A DNA stretch of 64,000 nt from Felis catus (lineage: Eukaryota): contig NC_058368.1 of the NCBI RefSeq assembly GCF_018350175.1, forward strand, positions 19,904,001 through 19,968,000, written 5' to 3'. Position numbers and translations under genes: made by a program. Shown piece after piece: positions 50,011-63,169 of this stretch; positions within the stretch are counted from its first letter, which is position 1, and every line of letters starts with the position of its first letter. The notes beneath the pieces were generated by a model. It saw only the letters and a list, made by a program, of their open reading frames with translations. It ran no database searches and was not told the origin of the DNA.

Positions 50011-51334
50011 AATTTCCTTTCAGACTTCCTAACCAGTCTCTGCCTTCTTTATTCTCAAAAAATGCTGTCTCTCTTAACTCACAGAGGAAACAGAAACCAT
50101 TAGATAAAGATGCTCTCAATTTCCTGCCACCTGTCTACCTTGTACTTCAGACTCCTTTGGTTCCAAATAGCACATGGTTCTCAGGATATGCACGTGCTCT
50201 GGTCTCTGCCTCTTTCCCTATGCCATTCCCATTCTTACCATCCTTGATTTGCCCGGGGAGCTTCTGTTAACCTTTGAAATCTGAGTTTGGAAATCATGCC
50301 AGAGGGAGTTAATCCACTGATGCGGTGTGGTTCATCTATACCTTGTTCCTCTTCCACTGTTGTGATTATGCTGGTTTGAGATTTGTTTACAAGTCTATGC
50401 TCCCATAGGTCCGTGAGCACCTTGAGAACTAATTCATTTCAGGATGCCCAGCACTTAGCACAGAGAGTCTGGTAACAGAAGCTACTCAATAAATATTTGT
50501 TAAATAAATGAATAAATAATGTGGAAGCCATCTAAGCCACTCTGTTATGGCAAGTATTTGCAAGACAGTAGACTGAATCTTCAACTTTGCACAGTGTAGC
50601 AGTAACAGTGTTGGGCCTGAAATAATCATGAGAACCCATGCTGGTCCACAGAAGCAGGAGACTTTTCTCACGTGTTCATTGCTCTGTCCTCACTGTCTAG
50701 AAGAGTGCCTGGCTCTTGAGTGCTAAGAATGAGGCTTTGTGTTATATTTGTATCCTAATCTACTGAAGACACCCTTTATTTCAAATACTCTGCAAGGAGA
50801 AAGCTAGAACCACAGCTAGAACATATCCAGTACCCAGGCATGGGTAAGTTATCAGAAAGCCAGTGAATTAGTTTAAGTTGGACAAACTCAACCAATTGAC
50901 TTTTACAAACGTATTGTATAGATTAAATGAACACATTTCCCATAGCCTCAGGTTTTTCCAAGTTTAGTGGTAATCACATGCTTCATCTGGGAACTAAAAC
51001 AAAAACCTCACAGATACTCTTGAAGAGGCAGGGCTCTCGGCTCGTCTTGTATAAACACCAAAGAGCAGTAGCGTGACAATCAGGCACAGGGGTTCTTTGA
51101 TATAAACTGTGGATACAAAGTGAAGTAAGACCTTTACCCAACCTGGCCTGTCTCCTAAGAGGGCTCTTTCTTCACTGTAGTCCTTTGGTTGCCAGAATGC
51201 AGATACTTTCCTGCCCTTTCTTCCTTGTCCTACTGAACAGTAGTAACATGCAGTAATATACATAGTTATAACATACAGTAATGTCAACTCTCTGTCAGTT
51301 TATGAAAATAAGATTCTTTCATCCTGATGCTTCT

Positions 51335-51355
51335 TTTTTTTAATGTCTATTTATT

Positions 51356-51410
<55 letters not shown>

Positions 51411-51537
51411 CCCAAGCAGACTCCACTCTGTCAGTGCATAGCCCGATGTAGGGCTCGAACTGACGAAACCATGAGATCGTGACCTGAGCTGAAATCAAGA
51501 GTTGTACGCTCAACTGCCTGAGCCACCCAGGCGCCCC
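51335..51537 (-). mobile_element. CanSINE with expanded (GA)n (about 51358-51404)
   Basis: Perfect TSD TCATCCTGATGCTTCT. Confidence 0.94.
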
Positions 51538-51988
51538 TCATCCTGATGCTTCTGATCAAACACCATGGTGACCCACAGATTGCTTTTAGACCAAGACTGA
51601 ATCAAAATTTCATGTTTATAATTTTTATTTCCACTGTGTTCAATAAATATTTGTGGACTGACTGAATGAGTATTTTGCCATTAATTAGCTCTTGTAACCT
51701 TGGGCAAATTTTATTTACATTTTCTAGGCTTCATTATCCTCATGTATGCAATAAAGTTTGATTGTCGTATTTCTCAAACTGTTTTTAATAGTTAAAACCC
51801 ATTCTTCAAACAAAGTCTTAGAACCCAATATGTAACAGAAAAAAGTGGGGCTACTCCAAATAAAATAGGTTTGGAGACCTTTAGACCCCTTGCTTCACCT
51901 TGTCCTTCTCCATCCTTGTTTCTGTTCTGAGCCACTCTGCTGAGCTCCAGGGCTCTGTGAGGTACCATCTAAAAACATCTCTGCACGC

Positions 51989-52207
51989 GGGGCGCCTGGG
52001 TGGCTCAGTCGGTTAAGCATCCGACTTTGACTCAGGTCACGATCTCACAGTCCGTGAGTTTGAGCCCCGCGTTGGGGGCTCTGTGCTGACAGCTCAGAGC
52101 CTGGAGCCTGTTTCAGATTCTGTGTCTCCCTCTCTCTCTGGCCCTTCCCCGTTCATGCTCTGTCTCTCTCTGTCTCAAAAATAAATAAACGTTTAAAAAA
52201 AAAAAAT
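51989..52207 (+). mobile_element. CanSINE
   Basis: TSD AAAACATCTCTGCAC. Confidence 0.96.
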
Positions 52208-53149
52208 AAAACATCTCTGCACTCAATGATCATATATTTAACATTGACCCCTGACTTGTAAGGAAACTTATTGTCATTAGGGACCAGAGATTCCCAACCT
52301 GCAGCCTCTTAATTCTTAGGGATTAAACAAGGTAAAGCCATTGAGGCAAATTAAAATATGAAGTTTCTTTGCTTTGGAAAGTATTATATCAACTCAACTA
52401 ATGTCAGTTGATTACTTAATGCCAAGCAGAATTGAAAGCTCTATATATCCTTGATAAATTAACAATGAATATGAACATGTTAACAATGAACTACGAACAT
52501 GGCAACATAATTACATTGCTAACATAATTTTTAGTAGACAAAATTTCTCAATACATTATGAAAATGAGGGGGTGGGGTTAATGAAAAGAATCCCTAGGGA
52601 GTGAAAAGGGTGACAATAATGATGATGAATTAATTCCATTTTCTTCCTTCTTATACAAGTAAAATGAGGCAGGGAAGGGTGGAGTGGCTCGCTGAGGACC
52701 TGACAGCTTTCCGGCAGAATCTGCAGCAAAACGCAGCGCTAGTAACATCCAGCCCAGTCCTCTTTCCCAGCCATGTTGTGTTTCTCTATGGGTTTAGGCT
52801 TTACGTGCCTGGGACCACAGTCACACAGCTACAGAAGGATAGAGCATCCTCATTATCTCAGTATTCATGATCTGAATTCCTGAGGTTTGAAGTTGAGTAG
52901 GAGAGTAAGAGTCATCATAACCTAGAAATGTTTACTTATCAAATGACGGCTTATGAACCCCACTCAAATATCCAGCTCCATTAAACATGAGCATTGATTC
53001 TCCCCTTCGGGATCAGCTCCTTTGTCAGGTCTCCAGCTGATGACTGCATTTTTATACATATTTGACAATATAGTACAAATATAATGCAAATCAACTACAA
53101 AGAGAAATTGCACATCTTGCAAAAGCTATAGAATTTTTTGAGATTAATG

Positions 53150-54235
53150 AAAGAAGGCCCGTGTGCTTAGTCTGTAGTGCAAGAGAGGGAAAGATGTGGG
53201 TGATATTGAAGAAGCAGACAAAGGACAGATTAGGGAGGGTCTTGTGGCTCTCAGTGGTTTTCATTTTCATCAGTACTGGGAATTTTGGGGGGCCTTTAAG
53301 CAAGGGAAGTGACAATCGGATTTATGTCTAAAATTGTCATTTTGACACTGGCAAATACTGTAAAATATATGACCTTGCAGTTGTATTCCTGTGATCCCAT
53401 CCCATGGGTGCATCACCACATGTATGAAATGACACGTGTGTGAGGTTTTTACTGTTGCATTTCTTGTAACAGCCAAAAAAGGACCCAGTTGTGATGTGCA
53501 GCAGAGGGGGCCTGGTTTAACAATGATGGGATGGCCTGCCGCTGTGGAAACAGACAAGGAAGGTCTCTGTGTACTGATATGGAAAGAGTTGTAGGATGTG
53601 TTGATAAGTGAAAGAAAGCAAGATATAGAACGGTATAGAACAATGTCTCTGGTAGGCTACCTTTTGTGTAATAAGTTAGGAGATATTTTTGCATATGTTT
53701 GCATTTGCCTAAAAAACCCAAGAAGGATTAAAAAAAAAGAAAAGAAAAAGAAAAAGACACCAATGGAAATGATTATCATTAGAGGGTCGGGGTGAGAAAT
53801 GCAGGAATGGATACAAGACTTCTCCGGGCATATGTTCTTTTGTAGTATGTCGAATTTGGAACCATGGAAATGTAGTACCTCATAAAAATAAATGTACATT
53901 TAAAAATCACTCTGGCTGCTCTGTGGAGAGTGGTTGTAGGGACAGAAGAGTAGGAGCTGGGGGTCCATTTAGAAAGCTACTGATGTAGTTCAGGCAAGGG
54001 CTGATGGTGGCTAGACCGGAAGGTAGCCGCGGAGGAGGTGAGAAGCAGTTGGCTTGAGGGTACAGAGCTGATGAATTTGTTGATGGATTGGGTATAGCAT
54101 GTGAAAGAAGAAAAAAAGGAATCAAGGATAATTCCTAGATAGTTGTCTAGAGCAGCTAGAGGAGACAAGATGGAGTTGGGGGAGGGAGGCCAAGGAAGAG
54201 CCAGAATCAAGAGTTCTCTTTTGGACGTGTTGAGA
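53150..54235 (+). mobile_element. L2 interrupted by an old L1M fragment (about 53340-53900)
   Basis: L2 TTTAAGCAAGGGAAGTGAA-like segment resumes at ATCACTCTGGCTGCT; inner L1 3' motifs (GTTGATAAGTGAAAGAAAGCAAG). Confidence 0.6.
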
Positions 54236-54577
54236 CCATGTTAAATGGGAAAGGTCCACGACCAAAAAGGAATACCTAGAAGGATGAAGTCAGCAGATTC
54301 TTCCAAAGAGGAGTTCAGCTCCCCTGAGTTCAAATTAAAAGAGTGAGAGACCCCGACAAAATCAATAAAACCCTCAAACAAATGTCCATCTTCATTTTTG
54401 TGCTACACAAATCAAATAGACAGGAAAGCATGTCATTTGTGCTTCTTTGGAATTTTATTGGGAAAAAAAAAAACTAGGTTAAAAATTCGGAGTCAATCAT
54501 CTGATTTGTTCTTGGTTCCTAAAGTCAGCCTGTAGTTACCACGATAGCCTACATTTTGTTAAATATAAAGTAAAAGA

Positions 54578-54802
54578 GGGGTGCCTGGGTGGCGCAGTCG
54601 GTTGAGCGTCCGACTTCAGCCAGGTCACGATCTCGCGGTCCGTGAGTTCGAGCCCCGCGTCGGGCTCTGGGCTGATGGCTCGGAGCCTGGAGCCTGTTTC
54701 CGATGCTGTGTCTCCCTCTCTCTCTGCCCCTCTCCCGTTCATGCTCTGTCTCTCTCTGTCCCAAAAATAAATAAATGTTGAAAAAAAAAATTAAAAAAAA
54801 AT
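54578..54802 (+). mobile_element. Young Felis-type CanSINE
   Basis: TSD ATATAAAGTAAAAGA. Confidence 0.96.
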
Positions 54803-55229
54803 ATATAAAGTAAAAGAAATATAGTTTCATAATTTTTACTTCTTTATTCAAGATAAAGTTCAAATCAAAGATTTTTCACTATTCCATATGAAATGTAAGC
54901 GGCCTTCTCGAAGTGGCCTTTCCAGTGTGCTGAACAAAGCGCAAACAAATGTAATTTGGGAAACAAATACAGACTTTTTCTCTTAGACACTAAGTTCACA
55001 TCTTTGTTAACAGAATGACTTACTACATAACCTGGACTGATAATGGGGCAGGAGGTAGAGAGTAACAATTTTTCCTACTTTACCTCTTGAGGAGGTAGTA
55101 AATATTTTTGGGTAAGAAAAAGAACTGCTTTCTGAAGAATTCTACCTTCAACTATTAATTTGTCTTTTGTGTGTTAGCCCTGAGTAGGACAGACTTTGGG
55201 AAATGTTCCAATGTTAATGTAAGTCAGGG

Positions 55230-56026
55230 TGTTACGAGCTGTGCTGGCTGCAATGCCCAGTGTCTCAGAAAGTTCAGGATGCCAAAATAAATCACCATGT
55301 GGCTTAAACAACAAACATTTAGTTCTCACGGTTCTGGAGGTTAAAAGTCTCAGCTCAGGGTGTCAGCAAGGTCAGGTTCTAGTAAGAACTCTCTTCCTGG
55401 CTCTGTCTTCACATGGCCCTTCCTTGGTACCTACAGGGCAGAGAGAGAGAGAGAGACCTTGTATATGTCTCTTCTTTTAAGGGCACTAATCCCATCATGG
55501 AGGCTCCACCCTCATGACCTAATCTAACCCTAATTACCTCCCAAATGTCTCAATGTCCCATCTCCAAATGCTGACGTGTTGGGGATTATAATTCTAACAT
55601 ATGAATTTGGGGGTAGGAGGGACGGGACACAAACATTCCCTCTCTAGCTCTCAGCCCAGAATCCCCTTCAGTTTGGAAACCCTCATACCTCCAGGTGCCT
55701 GAAGTGTTGGCTGCTGATAGCTTACAACTAACTGAGTCCTCCCAGGGACTTGCCAGAAGGAAGCCGCCTCCCTCTCGTTTAGGACCCCTCTCCTTGGTAG
55801 GCGAGGGATGGCACACTGAGGAGAGAGTACAAAGAGTCAGTCCTCTTGCCTCAATATGGGACAACTTGGATGAGCCCCCCCCCCCTTCCTGAACTTCCCA
55901 CGAGGGCCAGTGAGCCTCTCTCTGTCTTGCTTCCCTCACCCCCTGACAGGTAATACTCCCCAACACACTTGCTGCACACAAATCTCGGTCTCAGCTTCTA
56001 TTTCCTGGGGGATCCAACCAAAAGCA
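55230..56026 (+). mobile_element. LTR16-like (ERVL) solo LTR
   Basis: GCCCAGAATCCCCTT ... CTGCACACAAATCTCGGTCTCAGCTTCTATTTCCTGGGGGATCCAACC. Confidence 0.65.
55261..55650 (-). mobile_element. MLT1A-like LTR inside the LTR16-like element
   Basis: GGCTTAAACAACAAACATTTA, GGGCACTAATCCCATCATGGAGGCTCCACCCTCATGACCTAATC, ATATGAATTTGGGGG..ACACAAACATTC. Confidence 0.85.
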
Positions 56027-56914
56027 CGAGTAGGTCTCGTTAACAACATATTCAAATAATAACAACATATTCACATCATCCAGATTTCTCTACATTTGGT
56101 GTAGGTCAAGGCACAGCGTAAAAGGCAAACGTGGTGGAGTATGGCACAAACTATTGGACACTCCCCGGGCTTGCTTTCTGCACTTGGCATATATCATCCC
56201 CACATTTGCAGAAGAGGAAAACCTCTCGTAGGTCTGTTTGGCACCACATGTTTTTGTCTACCACAGGGAGTAGTCTCTTGGTGCATTATAACTGATTTCA
56301 GAATGCATTACAATGAGAGAGAACCAAGTTTTGATCCCATTATGCTAGAATTTATTTGTGTTTCTTAAAGAAGCATAACAACAGTAAGCCAAATTTCGGT
56401 CCTAGTATTCTCGGAAAAAATGAAGAGTAAGTAACAAAATGAAATAGCCAGTCCGGCAGCTCTCCTGGAGAATTCCCCAGCAGGGGTTATGTGGCTCCAT
56501 CTAAAAAACAGGACTCAGATGCTGAGCTGATTTATCATACACATAAAAATTCCCAGGTCGTAGATTTTTCTGCTAATTCACTTCTGTCATTTTAATTTAT
56601 TAAGCCTTCATTCAGTTCTCAAGATCCTTTATGACCATTAGTCAGATTTTTAAAATAGCACCGTGCCGGCAGGATTTCACAAAGAATATTCCAGCTCTCC
56701 TTTCCCCTCTTGTCACTCCGCCATAGCTCAGCATTTGGAGAAGTCCAGAGGATTTTTTTCATGGTACCAAAGTAGTCTCATTTACATTCAGAGATTTAGT
56801 CACAAAGAGAATTTGTCTTCAGGATTCTCTTTTATTTTTGAATGGTGATTTCTCCATTTACTCCCCCCTCAATGTTTGAATTTTGTCATTCTGTATTAAA
56901 CATCTTGTTATTAT

Positions 56915-57128
56915 GGGAGTGCCTCAGTGGCTCATTCGGTTGGGGGACCGACTTCGGCTCAGGTCATGATCTCGTGGTCCATGGGCTTGAGCCCCATGTC
57001 AGGCTCTGTGCTAATAGCTCAGAGCCTGAAGCCTGCTTGGGATTCTGTGTCTCCTTCTCTCTCTACCCCTCCCCTGCTTACACTCTGTCTCTCTCTCTCT
57101 CAAAAATAAGTAAACATTAAATTTTTTA
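56915..57128 (+). mobile_element. CanSINE
   Basis: Diverged head; TSD ATCTT(G/T)TTATTATG. Confidence 0.9.
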
Positions 57129-57199
57129 AAAATCTTTTTATTATGTAATTATAGAAAAATGAAAAGTGGGATAAATGAAAAAGAAAAATTATCCATAAT

Positions 57200-57870
57200 C
57201 TGGCCAGCAGAATAAACCTTGGTAGTTGATTGACATCTAGACCTTTGCCAAAATAGTACATATAGATAGCATTTACAATTTTTACAAGATACATTCATGC
57301 CATTTTATAATTTAGCTTACTGATGTATAATAGTGTCCATATCAATAAATAAACCTTTAAAATATTATTTAATAGATGCATAATATTTTATATTATGGAA
57401 TATATCATAAATATAACCTTACTATTAAACATTTACATTGTTTCCTTTTTTTAACTTTTATAAATAGCCTATCAATGGACTTGCTTGTAAATAAATCCTT
57501 GTACTAATAACTGGTTATTTCTCCAGGGCAAATACTTAGAAGTGGGATTTCTGGATCAAGGAGTGGGCACATTTTTAAGATTTTTAAAAACACTTATTGC
57601 AAAAATGTTTTAATTTATATTCCCACAAAGAGTGGTTGAAAATGTCCTTTCCCTACAACTTTGTCACCCTGAATATCATTCTTTTTCATCTTTGTTAATC
57701 TCATAATCTCTTGTTTTTAGTTGCATTTGTTAGATTTCTAGTGAGACTGAATTTTAAAAAAGTGTTTATTGGCCATATAGTTGCTTCTTTTGTGAACTAC
57801 CTGTTCATGCCCTCTGAATGTAAAATACTGAATTCTATTATTTCCTCTTACTGAATTTTAAGAGCCTATC
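57200..57870 (-). mobile_element. Ancient L1ME-like fragment
   Basis: AGAAGTGGGATTTCTGGATCAAGG, TTCTTTTGTGAACTACCTGTTCATG. Confidence 0.55.
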
Positions 57871-57879
57871 TATACACGA

Positions 57880-58270
57880 GCAGACATTTCTCCAGAGAAA
57901 ACATAAAGATGGCCAACCGACATGAAACGATGCTCAACGTCACTGATCATCAGGGAAATGCAAATCAAAACCACAATGAGACATCATCTCATACCTGTTA
58001 GAATGACTAAAATCAAAAACACAAGAAACAAGTGTTGACAAGGAAATGGAGAAAAGGGAACCCTTGTGTACTGTTGGTGGCAATCCAAACTGGTGCAGCC
58101 ATTGTGGAAAACAGTATAGAGGTTCCTCAAAAAGTTAAAAATAGAATTACCATGTTATCCAGTGCCACTACTGGGTATTTTCCAAAGAATACAAAAACAC
58201 TAATGCTAAAAGATATATGCATCTCTCTATTTGTTGCAGCCTTATTGGCAATAGCCAAAATATGGAAACA
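57880..58270 (+). mobile_element. L1 ORF2 3' fragment (carnivore-type)
   Basis: AGACATTTCTCCAGAGAAAAC..CAGGGAAATGCAAATCAAAACCACAATGAGAC..GGAGAAAAGGGAACCC. Confidence 0.85.
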
Positions 58271-58422
58271 TATATATACATATATACGTATATATAACAC
58301 ATATATTTTAAATATATAAAGGAATATATATACGTGTATATACATAACACACATATAATGTGCACATATATATATGCACATACACATTATATATATGTAC
58401 AATATATATACAATACAATGTG

Positions 58423-58461
<39 letters not shown>

Positions 58462-58468
58462 TATATAT
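58270..58468. repeat. (TA)/(CA) low-complexity tract with terminal (CA)n
   Basis: Direct read. Confidence 0.85.
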
Positions 58469-58864
58469 CTTTAACCTACCAAATTTGATTACAGCAATGA
58501 GGTAGGAATCTCTCTTTTTTCCTATTGTTTAGGCAATTGTACCAACATTTATGAAATAATACATCCTTTCTCTCTTTGATTGAAGTGCTATTATTAATTA
58601 TATTAATATATAATTGTATTAATATATGATAAATTTTTTAATTTAAATCTGCTTCTAGACTTTTTATTCTGACTGCATGTTCTGTCTGTAAGTCCCATGC
58701 CTGTACTGTACTTTTAATCAATATCATTTTATAATGTATTTTGACATCTGATATGACCCTTATCTCCTTGTGTTTTTTAAAGACCATGTCATCTTTAATG
58801 TTTAACTACTCTTCTTTTTTAAAATGTCCATTATTCTCACATATATATTTTTCTATATATTTTT

Positions 58865-59035
58865 TTTAACTTTATTTTCTACAGCAGTTCTAGGTTCACA
58901 GCAAAATTAAGAGGAAGGTACAGAGATTTCCTATATATTCCCTGCTCCCACACATGCACAGCCCCCCTGCCCCCAGTATCAGCCTCCCCCACTGGTTGCA
59001 CATGGGTTACAGTTGAGGAACCTACATTGACATAT
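58865..59035 (-). mobile_element. L1MC-like extreme 3' end
   Basis: TAGGTTCACAGCAAAATTAAGAGGAAGGTACAGAGATTTCC; same family as the element at 41500. Confidence 0.7.
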
Positions 59036-59609
59036 TTCTTTCATATATTTTTATACTATATTCAATATAATATATTCCTTCATATGTTTTTTATGCTTAT
59101 TTTGTCACATTTCCTCTTCCTTTCCCCACCCCCCCGCCACCCCAAATCCTTTTGGAGTTTCCATTGGGAAACCAAATTTATATGTGAGTTCAGGAAGAAA
59201 TTACTCTTTACAATATTAAAATATCCAAAAACAGAGTTAATCCTTGCATTTATTTAGGTCTTTGATTATGACCCTCGATCAGGATTTGTAGATTCTTCTC
59301 TTAGCCTAGCGTATTTCATGTTAAGTTCATTCTTAATGTTGTTATTGTTAAAGAGGCTATTTTTCATTATATTCTTTGACTTTAACCCAGCCTATTGACT
59401 CATTTTAAATTACAGCTTTATTGCCATATTATTCAAATACTCTAAAATTCATCCTTTTAATGTGTACACTCCAGGGCATTTTAGAATATTCACTGGGTTT
59501 TGCAAGTATTACCACTGTCCACTTTAGAATATATTTGTCACCCCAAAAAGAAATCCATGCCTATCAGCAGTCACTCCCCTTTCCCCCCACCCCTTTCCCT
59601 TCTGTGTCT

Positions 59610-59908
59610 CTTCATTAGCTGTTTCTAATCTATTTTTTATAATAAAACTGTAATCATAAGTATAGTTTCCTGAGTTCTGTGAGTCATTCCAGTGAACTAT
59701 CAAATCTAAGGGAGTCATGGAAACACCTGAGTAATAATAGCTAATTAAGCAGAAGTGTAGATGGCCTGGAACCTCCGAGGTGCAGGTAAAGTCATACAGG
59801 CAGTCTTGTGAGGCTTGTGCCCTTTAGCCTATGGGGTCTGCACTCACTCTGGGTGGTCAGTGCCCGCCTTCAGTTGCAGTACATCCAATTGTGGCAGAAG
59901 CACAACAG
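59610..59908 (+). mobile_element. MER21-like LTR fragment
   Basis: TATAATAAAACTGTAATCATAAGTATAG..TTCCTGAGTTCTGTGAGTCATTC..CCTATGGGGTCTGCACT. Confidence 0.6.
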
Positions 59909-59939
59909 ACTTCTTTTTGTGTGCTTTTTGACCAATTGT

Positions 59940-60402
59940 GTGTTGGCTTTGGACAAAAGTCTGCTTAAGTCTGTTGGCCATTTTTAAATTGGGTTGCTTA
60001 TCTTTTTATTATTGAGTTACTAGAGTTCTTTATATATTCTGAATATCAGATATATGAGATAAATCAGATATATAATTGGTGAATATTTTTTTTCCATTCT
60101 GTTTGTCATTTTTTCCCATTTGTGGTGGTATCCTCTGAAGCAACCAAGTTTTAAAGTTTGACGAAGTCCCATTTATCTACTTCTTATTTTGTCATTTGTG
60201 CTTTGGGTATTACATCTTAGAAACCATTCATTACCTAACCCAAGATCACAGAGATTTACTCCTACATTTTCTTCTAAGAGTTTTATAGTTTTAGCTGTTG
60301 TTTTCAGATCTATGATCCATTTTCAGTTAATTTTGTGTATGGTGTGAGGTAGGGGTCCAACTTCATTATTTTGTAGATGGATATTCAGTTGTCCCAGCAC
60401 CT
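59940..60402 (-). mobile_element. L1M fragment
   Basis: TTCTAAGAGTTTTATAGTTTTAG..GGTGTGAGGTAGGGGTCCAACTTCATT..GTTGTCCCAGCAC. Confidence 0.8.
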
Positions 60403-60585
60403 AGCCTATTGACTTTTAAATGTTTTGTAACCAGTCACCTGACATTACTTCTAATAGATTTAATGCATTCTTCTATTTTTTTCAAGTAGATAATATTATG
60501 TATAAATGATAAGTTTGCCTTCTCTTTGACAATATTATGTACTTATTATTTTGTCTTCTCAGATATTACAAAAATAGTGGTGATC

Positions 60586-60828
60586 CTCTTATGTGGATCC
60601 TGAGAAACATAACAGAAGACCATTGGGGAGGGGAAGAGAAAAAAAAAAAAAAAAGAGAGGGAGGGAGCCAAACCATAAGAGACTCTTAAAAACTGAGAAC
60701 AAACTGAGGGTTGATGGGGGGGTGGGAGGGAGGGAAGGGTGGGTGATGGGTATTGAGGAGGGCACCTGTGGGGATGAGCGCTGGGTGTTGTACGGAAACC
60801 AATTTGACAATAAATTTCATATTAAAAA
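60586..60828 (+). mobile_element. Young 5'-truncated felid L1 (3' UTR only)
   Basis: ATGTGGATCCTGAGAAAC..GGAAACCAATTTGACAATAAATTTCATATT plus A tail; perfect 16-bp TSD AAAAATAGTGGTGATC (60570-60585 and 60829-60844). Confidence 0.9.
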
Positions 60829-61438
60829 AAAAATAGTGGTGATCACATCATCTTTGTATTATTCTTCTCATTAATAGGAGTGTTTCTAGAATTTTGCCAC
60901 CAGTAAGTATGATACTTTGTCCTTATTCAGTAATAAATGCCTTTCAGTATCTGCTGCTGTATCTGTATTTTGCTGCTACTGATATAAACTGAGGAAACAT
61001 GGCCCTGTAAAACTTCTTTAAAATTATGTTGAAGAATATATTGTTATAATTTCTACTTGCATATGGTTTAATATTTACTGGAGGGGAGTGCCTTTAACAG
61101 TCATTTTTGAGGAATATTTTCCTACAGTATTTATCCAGAGCAATTTATTTTCCATTAAAAAATAAGGCCTTCTTCATAAATGAAAATATGGTGTTTTTGA
61201 CTCTATGTAGAAGAGAATGAATGTCTTTTAAATACTGTAGTTTTATTTTAAAAGTAAATCAGTTCATGAATTCGAATGGATAATTCACAAACACTGTTCA
61301 GATTTCAAAAGGTACAAAGTAGTACATACTGTAGAATAAAATCCCTTTTTCATTCTTATCCTCTGGCCAGCATGTTCTTTTCCCTGCAAGCAATTCTATT
61401 AGAGAGGAGGAAGCAGGATTTTTTTTTATAAAAGAAAT

Positions 61439-61478
61439 ACACACACACACACACACACACACACACGCGCGCGCGCGC
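61439..61478. repeat. (AC)14(GC)6 alternating purine-pyrimidine tract
   Basis: Counted directly. Confidence 0.95.
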
Positions 61479-62599
61479 AAAATATATGGAATAAATACAA
61501 AATATATCAAATGTTTACATGAGAAAAACAATATGCTGAGCAGTCCTAAGGAGTCAGATGGGAGGCAAAGACTTGATGAAGAGTCTGGTCACCAAAAGAG
61601 AGAGAAGAAGCTGAGAAAACCGTTTGGTGTTTTTCCGATATTGTCAGTTAACAGTTTATTTAAACTCCAAGTTCCTTTTCTCACCAAGTTACAGCAAGAG
61701 ATAAATCTGGAATCCCTGCCACATTAACTGCATTAGATATAAATGTCTTCCACCTCAGCTTCCCCGACCTCTGATGGCAAATAAGATAGGAACCACACAT
61801 TCCTGAGATGCAACCAATCAAGGGTACAAAATGACAAACCAAATTTCTGTACCGAAATGTACTAAGCTTCTTCAGTTAGATGAGAGAAGCTTAAATAAAT
61901 CGAAATCATGGTACAAAAATAACTTAAAAGCCTTTCCCCAAATAAATTTGTATTGTGTCGTAAACAACCGAACAGTCATTGGACCCGGGGTGTGTGAAGA
62001 GGGCGAGCCGGCTGTTTGGTGCGGGCAGGCACCTTGAACCCAGCGGCTGTAATGCAGCCCCAGGATTGATCAAGCTGTGGCCAGCAGAGGGGTTGGGGGA
62101 GGAAGAGTGGAGCCTACGAGGTGGGGGGATGGGAGACATTAGGGGAGGGGGAGGAGCTGATGCAAGCAAACCAAACTCACAAAAGGCTGATTTATAAACA
62201 GAAATGCCATTTGTTCATTAACCAGCACAAAGCAACCAGAGGAGTGCTTTATACGTTCTGCAGAAAAACCCAACATGCTGTTTATTGTGCAAAAGAGTAT
62301 ACTCACTGCTGGGGACCAGGACACTCCCGCCCGCAAATGCGATTCTCTATCCCCTTGCACAGTGTTGGGTGAACCCTCATATATACTATCCTTTGGTCTC
62401 TACTTTTTTTTAATTTTTGTCTTTTCATTCCAGTCACATCATTCCTTCAGATAGACCACAGTAAAATCAAGTGGGTGGAATTACTCCACAGCGTTACTAG
62501 ACTGAGTCTCCTGTGGTCTCTCCTCTCTCCTCAATCCTTGGAATGGGCATTTCTGTGGATGGCTGGAAGATAATGTGTAACATAATGTGGCGGTCGCCT

Positions 62600-62815
62600 G
62601 CACAGGTTTTGAGCCCCCTAGCCTCAATTCCACTCCAGGCTGGCCATTTGCCAGCCGTGTGACCTCCCATGGCTAGTTCACTTCTCTCCTCCTGGGAAGA
62701 TGGAAATAACAATACCTGGTTCAGCAAGTCATGGAGAAGGTTAAGGGAGCTAATTCATTTTGAACCCCAGACATGGTGCCTAGCATATGCAGAACACTCA
62801 AAAACTGTTAGCCGT
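62600..62815 (+). mobile_element. MIR
   Basis: GCCGTGTGACCT..GATGGAAATAACAATACC..ATGGTGCCTAGCATAT..ACACTCAAAAACTGTTAGC. Confidence 0.6.
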
Positions 62816-63169
62816 TGGTATTAAGGCTACTCCTCTCTACCCCTGTTGATTTGTAGTTGTTTCTGCTCACAGAGAATAAGCTATTTTTAACTCTTTGCCC
62901 AGATTAAGGAAAAACAAAAAAAGTCCAATGAGAACAATTTGATTCAGTGAAAATTCTTAAATGCCTTCAATGTTTCAAAGAAATGCAATTTCTTTGTGTT
63001 GCTTTCAGATTTGAATATAGTACAGCCCCAAATACATGGAGAATAGGGGAATAAATAAGTAAAATTTTTAAAGGAGGAATAAATTCATACAAAAAGAGGA
63101 AACATCATGTAAAAATGCAATTTGTCATAAACGAGTATTTATGAGTACCCGGTATGTATCCTGTTCTTT

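Noticed and set aside
1920..57120. Many similar ~60-aa ORFs (MAQSV..PTSAQVMIS..)
   Set aside because: They are translations of CanSINE copies, not a gene family or repeat array.
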